Shown: piece after piece, positions 58,037 to 64,000 of the stretch | Layout of the letters: the number at the start of each line of letters is the position of its first letter | Numbering within the stretch: the first letter of the stretch is position 1 | Assembly (NCBI GenBank): GCA_965208575.1 | Contig: CBDBOV010000006.1 | Location: 1,280,001-1,344,000 of the forward strand | Direction of reading: 5' to 3' | DNA: 64,000 nt | Source of the DNA: Spirochaetia bacterium | GTDB lineage: Bacteria; Spirochaetota; Spirochaetia; SZUA-6; Bin103 | Made by a program: the position numbers and the translations under genes | Notes under the pieces: generated by a model | The model's database searches: none | What the model saw: the letters and a program-made list of their open reading frames with translations, nothing else | Told to the model about the DNA's origin: nothing

Positions 58037-59173
58037 ATGAACGTACAAGAGGACCGGGTACGACTCGGCGTGATCGGCTGCGGGATGGTGAGCGACTCCT
58101 ACCTGCAGACCCTGCAGCGGTTCGACCACGTGGTGTTCGCCGCCTGTGCCGACCTGGATCCGGAGCGGGCGCGGCGCGTAGCCGCGGAATATGGGTTCGC
58201 ACGCGCGTGCAGCGTCGATGAACTGGTGCGCGGAGACGACACCGACCTGGTGCTCAACCTGACCATCCCGGCGGCGCACGCCGAGCTCAACCTGGCGGCG
58301 CTGGACGGGGGCAAGCACGTCTACTCCGAGAAGCCGCTCGGCATCACGCTCCAGGAAGCTCAGGAGGTGCTTCGCCGGGCCGAACACCTGGGTGCGCGCG
58401 TCGGCTGCGCTCCCGACACCTTCCTGGCCGGGGGCCACCAGCACTGCCGGGACCTGGTCGACCAGGGCGCCGTCGGCCGGCTGGTCGCCGCGTTCGGCGC
58501 CGTGGCCGGACACGGTCCCGACGCCTACCACGCCAACCCGCACTTCTTCTACGAGCAGGGCGCGGGGCCGCTGCTCGACCAGGGCGTGTACGTGATCACC
58601 GCACTGCTGCCGCTGTTCGGGCGGGTCAAGGCGGTGTCGGCGCGCGCCCAGGTCGGCATCACCGACCGCACGGTGCTCACCGAGCCGCGCTTCGGCGAGA
58701 AGATCGACGTGCAGACGCCCACCCACCTGGTGTGCGCCCTGGAATTCGAGGCGGGCGGCCTGGCCAACCTGATGGTGAGTTGGGAGATCTGGGCCTCCAA
58801 GGTGCCGTTGATGGAGGTGTACGGCACCGGGGGCACCATCCGGCTGCCGCACTGGAACCACTACGAAGCCGAGTTCGACCTGTACCGCCACGGGCCGGAG
58901 GGCGGCACATGGCAGGCCGTCACGACCGAGCGCCCCTACGCCGCCGGCTCCTGGCGCGGCCTGGGCGTGGCCGACATGGCGGCCGCGCTCCTGTCCGGCC
59001 GCCCCCACCGCGCCTCCGGCGAGCGCGCCAACCACGTCCTGGAGATCATGGCCGGCCTCGTGCGCTCCGCCAAAACCGGCGCCCCGATCCCGATCACCAC
59101 CCCCTACACCAAGCCCGACCCATTCCCCGCCCACCTCGCCGACGGCCACCTGGACCAACTCCCCGCAACCTGA
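58037..59173 (+). CDS. Gfo/Idh/MocA oxidoreductase
   Basis: GVIGCG, NLTIPAAH, GKHVYSEKP, GAGPLLDQGVY. Confidence 0.92.
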   Translation: MNVQEDRVRLGVIGCGMVSDSYLQTLQRFDHVVFAACADLDPERARRVAAEYGFARACSVDELVRGDDTDLVLNLTIPAAHAELNLAALDGGKHVYSEKPLGITLQEAQEVLRRAEHLGARVGCAPDTFLAGGHQHCRDLVDQGAVGRLVAAFGAVAGHGPDAYHANPHFFYEQGAGPLLDQGVYVITALLPLFGRVKAVSARAQVGITDRTVLTEPRFGEKIDVQTPTHLVCALEFEAGGLANLMVSWEIWASKVPLMEVYGTGGTIRLPHWNHYEAEFDLYRHGPEGGTWQAVTTERPYAAGSWRGLGVADMAAALLSGRPHRASGERANHVLEIMAGLVRSAKTGAPIPITTPYTKPDPFPAHLADGHLDQLPAT

Positions 59174-59261
59174 ATCCCTACAGAGAGATACTCGATGTCC
59201 TCATGTGCGAAGAAATAGGACAACCTAGCGCAAGCTAGTCGTCTACGCCCCTGGTGGGCGG

Positions 59262-62261
59262 CTACGCGTCAATCTGCTTGCGGATGTCCGCCGCAATTTT
59301 GAGAACTTCCACTGGTGCGCGCACCTCTTCACCGGTGCGCTGGCGCAACGCTACGACGAGCGGGGCCAGTGCGTCGGACTTCTCCGGATCACTCGACAGT
59401 GTGTCAAGCACCTCTTGGTCTGGACTACCGCCGGAGACCAGGAGGCGCACGCAGTCTATCAACTTGCCCGTCATCACATCGCTTACGGGAGCGAATGCAG
59501 CATACAGGGAACGAAAAGCACTATCACTTCGGCTTTTGTCGCCTCGTTTGATCAGGATCATCATCCTCATCCATCGCGCGTTCCACTCGAACGGAACTCC
59601 CCTATTGTCCAACAACGAGCCGTATCTGGTCTCCAGTTCGTCGCAGCCGTGCAGAGCACATGCTTCCTTCCCAATCGTGATGTGTGTCAAGCTCCTAAGA
59701 AAAATCGCTTGTGCTACCAATGATCGTAGATCAGTCGAGTCGCTATTACGAAGACGCTCCACTACTTCGTTGAATGATGCAATAGCAACCATGCGTGTCT
59801 CTCGCTGTGTCTGAACGACTCCCTTGTTGATCAACGCTCCGGCGCATATCCTCCGCAGCTCCGGGGCATCACAATCGCCAAAACGCTCCACAACAAGGTC
59901 ATATATTGTCACCTCGGCTTCGTGTTCACCAAGCTCCCCGTGTACGCAAGCCTTGTTGAACATAGCTTGGGCAACAAGCTCCCTTACATACGGCCCTGCA
60001 TAGACGCTGAAGCGCTTCAGCAGTTGGTCATAACTCGCGGTCGCCAGAGCGCGCTCCCCACGTTGGGATTCCGAAAATCCCTTGTTGAAAATCGCTTGGG
60101 CGACAAGCACCTGCAGGTCCTGTATAGTGCTGTCTCCAAAGCGCTCAATCACCTCGTTGTAGGTCCTTGTCTCTGCTGCGTACAGCGCTTGCTTACGTTG
60201 CACCTCACCCTTGTTTACCAACGCTGCCGCCACCATCTCCAGGATATTTCGAGATTCACTCGTACCAAAACGCCGTACGACCTCGTCGCACGTTGCCATC
60301 GCGGCTGCATGCCGGTGACACTCTCTCTGCTCAACGCTCTTGCGGAACATTGCACGGGCTACCGCACTCTGCAATTCAGGATCGTCGCTTCGTCCGAAAC
60401 GAAGCACAACGTCGTCGTTGGTCGCAATCGCAGCGTGGAACTCTCCACATTTCTCGTGCGAAATTGCCTTTCTGATCATTGAGAAAGCGACTATTCTCCG
60501 AACATCGGACGTGTTGTTTGTGGTAGAGCGTTTAATCACCTCTTCGTAGATAGGAATCGCATCGGCATGTCTTTTCTGCGTGTCGCACGCAATTCCGCTA
60601 CCCAACAACGCACGACAGACCGAGACCTGCAATTCCGGGGCGCTGCTTGATCCGAATTGTGTCACTACCTGCCCGTACGACAAGGTCGCCGCCGAATACG
60701 CGCCAGTCGTGTGTTGCACAATCCCTTTGTTGATCAGACTCGCGGCGACCCAAACCTGAAGGTCTATTTCATCGCTCGAACCGAATCTGTCGATTGCCTC
60801 GTCGTAAGTCGCAATCGCGGCGCGATGTTCTCCGAGCTGTCCTTGAACACGGCCCTTTCTAACGATCGCGGAAGCGACCTGCACGAGCGAACCCAGGTCT
60901 CGGCGGGAACCCAGGCGCTCCACGACCCTATCATAAACGACTATCTGCTTGATGTCTGTCCATGCACCGTCATTGAAGGCGTGGTCGAGCTGCGAAATCT
61001 CCATTCTAGCCCGCTCGATGCCGGCTCGGATCACAATGGATCGCGAGGCCTCCGAGATCAGGTGACCAGACAAAGCGACAATCTCCTCGTTGCGATAGAA
61101 GGCGATCATGAATCGGAGCAGGTTCTGTACGACGGCCGCTTCATCACGTTGGCGGCGCAACTGGTAGTAGATGGAGTATAGGGGTTCCGCAACTTCGTAG
61201 AGCCGCCTCCTGCCACTCCCTCGCGCGCGCACGGCGTGACGCTTGACGAGCCGCCCCAGCATGGTCGAGACGGTTCGTACGTCCATCCGCGCGTGGTCGG
61301 AGATCTCGCCTGTGCTCGACGGTTGCCAGAGGTCGGCAATGGCCAGGAATACGCGGCGCTCGATTCTGGGGAGAGCTTCCTGGTAGCCGCGGAAGGTGTC
61401 CGTCAGATCGTCAACCAGTTGCGCCAGTTCTTCCATCAACTGGCGCAGGGAACGGTGTCTGGCGAATCCGGCGACGATGACTACGTAACGGGGAGAGCCG
61501 CCGGTCAGGATCTCAAGCGCCCTCTGCTGGCGTTCGCTCGCCGCGTCGCCACTCACCACCTCCCACAAGCGTCCGCACTGCGCGGCATTCAACGGTGCGA
61601 GAGCGATAATTCGGAACAACTCGAAGAACGGTTCGCCGGCGTCATCCAGTGCCTCGAAGCGGCTGGTCGCAGTGGCCAACAGGATGATCTGCGGCTCGGT
61701 CTGCAGCGTCTTGCGCAGGTTCCAACCGAAGTCTTCGTCCACGTTGGCGCACAGCGCCTGCAGGTTCTCCACCATGAGGACGAGACGCCTGCCAAGTGAG
61801 CACGCAGCCTCCAGGACAGCGACGCGGACACGCTCGTCGAGCTCCCGTTCCCGCCAGCGGGTGGCAAGGTCGTCTCGGGTTGCCCGCAGGTTCCGTGCGA
61901 GCCCGGGGTTCTCCTTGTCGACAGCGTTTGCAAGATAGAACAGAACCTCCAACCAGAAGTCCGCGGCGCTGAGGATCTCGTCGCTCTCCTCCATGAAGCG
62001 AACGGGCAGCAGGTGATCAGAGAGCTCGGAGTTGCCGCGTAGTTCAGCGGCGATACGAGCCAACAGCATGGTCTTCCCCCTGCCTCTCGGGGCCACGATC
62101 AATGTGTGCTGGCAGGAGTCGACGGCGACATTCCCCCGAAGAGTCTCAAGCGCGATGGCGAGTTCGTGCTCTCGGACCACGAACTGCGCCCTGACTTCCT
62201 CGTCAGACTGGAGCATTCCGGGATTGCGCTTGCGAATGATCCGCGGTTGCGATTTACTCAC
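59262..62261 (-). CDS. STAND-like P-loop ATPase + winged helix + TPR-like repeat protein (999 aa)
   Basis: Walker A APRGRGKT, LMVEN, TGGSPR, wHTH (STGEI..VSTMLGRLV), then ~9 repeats of ~45 aa (A...NKG...AI..Y.EV..RFG.S....L...VA). Confidence 0.8.
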   Translation of the reverse strand: MSKSQPRIIRKRNPGMLQSDEEVRAQFVVREHELAIALETLRGNVAVDSCQHTLIVAPRGRGKTMLLARIAAELRGNSELSDHLLPVRFMEESDEILSAADFWLEVLFYLANAVDKENPGLARNLRATRDDLATRWRERELDERVRVAVLEAACSLGRRLVLMVENLQALCANVDEDFGWNLRKTLQTEPQIILLATATSRFEALDDAGEPFFELFRIIALAPLNAAQCGRLWEVVSGDAASERQQRALEILTGGSPRYVVIVAGFARHRSLRQLMEELAQLVDDLTDTFRGYQEALPRIERRVFLAIADLWQPSSTGEISDHARMDVRTVSTMLGRLVKRHAVRARGSGRRRLYEVAEPLYSIYYQLRRQRDEAAVVQNLLRFMIAFYRNEEIVALSGHLISEASRSIVIRAGIERARMEISQLDHAFNDGAWTDIKQIVVYDRVVERLGSRRDLGSLVQVASAIVRKGRVQGQLGEHRAAIATYDEAIDRFGSSDEIDLQVWVAASLINKGIVQHTTGAYSAATLSYGQVVTQFGSSSAPELQVSVCRALLGSGIACDTQKRHADAIPIYEEVIKRSTTNNTSDVRRIVAFSMIRKAISHEKCGEFHAAIATNDDVVLRFGRSDDPELQSAVARAMFRKSVEQRECHRHAAAMATCDEVVRRFGTSESRNILEMVAAALVNKGEVQRKQALYAAETRTYNEVIERFGDSTIQDLQVLVAQAIFNKGFSESQRGERALATASYDQLLKRFSVYAGPYVRELVAQAMFNKACVHGELGEHEAEVTIYDLVVERFGDCDAPELRRICAGALINKGVVQTQRETRMVAIASFNEVVERLRNSDSTDLRSLVAQAIFLRSLTHITIGKEACALHGCDELETRYGSLLDNRGVPFEWNARWMRMMILIKRGDKSRSDSAFRSLYAAFAPVSDVMTGKLIDCVRLLVSGGSPDQEVLDTLSSDPEKSDALAPLVVALRQRTGEEVRAPVEVLKIAADIRKQIDA

Positions 62262-63508
62262 CGGGCTTGACCTCCAGCATGATCCTGCGAGTGGGCAGCA
62301 AGGGGAACGTGGTGATTGCGGAAGCGTGCGGCCCACCAGTCTCTCAGTGGATGCAGTTGGAATCGATAGAGATCTTCGCTGACTTCGAGATAGCCGTCGT
62401 GTTCCAGCACGTCGAGAACCTCGGTGATGCGGCCCTGGGCGTCGGGCACTACTCGGGAGTAGAGCTCGCCGAGACGGGACCGCGTGCGTGGCGTGAACAC
62501 TCCTTGCGTGGCGGCCTCGGCGAGGATCTCCATGGCGATGGAGCGGTTCTCCTCGTCGAGTGCGTCGCGGAGACGGGTTTCGTAGTGGGCCAGGTCGTTC
62601 TGACCGGAAGGGCCAAGCACCCCTGTGCGGTATACTCTCTCGACATCGGCCACCGTCACCACATCGCGGTTCTCCATGACGGAGAAGTCCCGTAGCCTTG
62701 CGAAGAACGATTGCACGTGATGCGGGATGCCGATCCCGAGCGCGTCGTATACCGCCGCGGCGACGCCGTCCTCGACCGACAATGAGGCACTGTTCGCGAG
62801 CCGGTCGAAACAAGCGACGCTCTCCTCTCGGTTCCAGGGTCCCAGGCGAAACGGCGCAAGGTAATTGATCCGATCGGGTATACCGAGCCGGTGCACCAAC
62901 GGGGTCAGCCCGATGCTGCCGGACACGATGAGGACCGGGGAGTGATCGCCAAGACCTTGCAACACGCCACGCAACCAGCTCAGGAACCGCTCGACTCGGG
63001 TAGCGCCGTCCTGAGCGCGCAGCATCCGCTGGAGAAAGATCGGCAGTTCGTCGATCACCAGAAGCACGCGCCGTTCGTTCTCCGCGCAAGCCTGGAGGAG
63101 GCGCTCACCGTGGCGCCTCCAGTTTCCAGCGTCCAGACCCGCCCGGATCTTCAAGCGAAACCCGCTCACGCCGATTTCCTCGACGGCTTCAGCCGCCCGC
63201 CGTCGCAGACCGGCCAAACTGCCTAGTCGGGACACGATTGGCCGAACCGGGTACGCGGCCCGCGCAATATCGGCAATCACGTCTTCAGGGCAGGTGGCGT
63301 CTTCGACGTCGGTGAACAACGTTACCCATGCGCCGGAGTCCGTGAGCCGGCGCTCGAGTTCACGAACTATGCTCGTCTTGCCCATGCGCCGCTGGCCGGT
63401 CAACAGCACGTGGTTGCCTTCTTGTACCCGGTTCTCCAGGACGCGGAGCTCAGGTTCTCGGTCGAAGAAGTCGGCGCCGCTAACCCAGCGGCCGGTGGCT
63501 GATCTCAT
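62258..63508 (-). CDS. P-loop ATPase (ATPase_2/nSTAND-like), coupled to the TPR ATPase
   Basis: FFDREPEL, GQRRMGKTS, LLVIDELP, SGSIGL, C-terminal wHTH-like LEHDGYL..LRDWW. GTGA overlap with the next gene. Confidence 0.85.
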   Translation of the reverse strand: MRSATGRWVSGADFFDREPELRVLENRVQEGNHVLLTGQRRMGKTSIVRELERRLTDSGAWVTLFTDVEDATCPEDVIADIARAAYPVRPIVSRLGSLAGLRRRAAEAVEEIGVSGFRLKIRAGLDAGNWRRHGERLLQACAENERRVLLVIDELPIFLQRMLRAQDGATRVERFLSWLRGVLQGLGDHSPVLIVSGSIGLTPLVHRLGIPDRINYLAPFRLGPWNREESVACFDRLANSASLSVEDGVAAAVYDALGIGIPHHVQSFFARLRDFSVMENRDVVTVADVERVYRTGVLGPSGQNDLAHYETRLRDALDEENRSIAMEILAEAATQGVFTPRTRSRLGELYSRVVPDAQGRITEVLDVLEHDGYLEVSEDLYRFQLHPLRDWWAARFRNHHVPLAAHSQDHAGGQAR

Positions 63509-63542
63509 GATGCACACAGTCTACGAGCACTACCGTATTGTC

Positions 63543-63576
63543 GTCAACCATATTGTTGACTACTTATTGGTTGACC
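63543..63576. promoter_or_regulatory. GTCAAC/GTTGAC inverted repeats in the divergent promoter of the ATPase operon
   Basis: gtcaac-catatt-gttgac plus a third half-site tggttgac at 63568-63575. Confidence 0.5.
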
Positions 63577-63760
63577 ATAGTTCCGGCTTCGTGCGCGCTG
63601 AGAGCCCGTGACTTCTCTCTACGCGCGAACCGGCGCCGCCCCAAGGGCCGGTCCGCCGGCGGTTGTGGCGCTGGCGCGATTGTTGGAGGATTGGCGCGTA
63701 CGACGTTCCGCCCGGCACCGGCTGGAACCGCCGGTCGGCACGACCGAGGGAGAGCGACCC

Positions 63761-64000
63761 ATGAGTGAATACCAGTACTACGAGTTCCAGGCAATCGATC
63801 GGCCACTGAGTGACGCGGACCGGCAGGCGCTGCGGGGGCTGTCGACGCGGGCACGGATCACGGCCACGAGCTTTACCAACGAATACCATTGGGGCGACCT
63901 GAAGGGTGATCCCGTACAGTGGATGGAGCGCTGGTTCGACCTGCACCTGTACGTCGCCAACTGGGGAACGCAGCGACTGATGATCCGGCTGCCGCTGCGG
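63761..64000 (+). CDS. Conserved hypothetical protein (partial, runs off the window)
   Basis: MSEYQYYEFQAIDRPL..STRA.IT..F.NEYHWGD..FD.HLYVANWG. RBS gaggga. Absent from the ORF track because it has no stop in the window. Confidence 0.8.
   Translation, partial: MSEYQYYEFQAIDRPLSDADRQALRGLSTRARITATSFTNEYHWGDLKGDPVQWMERWFDLHLYVANWGTQRLMIRLPLR

Noticed and set aside
59262-63089. 1275-aa version of the TPR ATPase
   Set aside because: The first 276 codons overlap the upstream ATPase in another frame. GTG at 62261 overlapping the upstream stop is the credible start.

Overview
High-GC bacterial chromosomal segment. The gene content (family-5 ABC solute-binding proteins, PhyH dioxygenases, Gfo/Idh/MocA oxidoreductases, many TA modules, eukaryote-like repeat proteins) resembles marine sponge-symbiont genomes, possibly Spirochaetaceae; this is inference only. 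A metabolic backbone (LLM oxidoreductase, desaturase, two peptide-type ABC modules, GH32, SDR, manA, Mo-hydroxylase genes, pncA/pncB, ABC exporter pair) is interrupted at many gene junctions by toxin-antitoxin or defence-like cassettes: VapBC, AbiE, three RelE-type, two HicAB, BrnTA, two IrrE/DUF4411, AAA-DUF4143, SBD-HNH, an OLD-like ATPase-TOPRIM and a twin-ATPase/TPR operon. I found no integrase, transposase, tRNA, rRNA or CRISPR array. Main observations: (1) cassettes are repeatedly bracketed by diverged partial copies of neighbouring genes (manA 3' end, AAA-DUF4143, hicB, LLM gene), suggesting integrase-free, homology-driven cassette stacking; (2) a secreted HEXXH metalloprotease with two VHL beta-domains that keep the hydroxyproline-pocket residues sits directly upstream of peptide-ABC permeases; (3) a coupled two-ATPase/wHTH/TPR operon resembles an uncharacterised STAND-type sensor. 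All calls are by-eye motif recognition; no searches were run.
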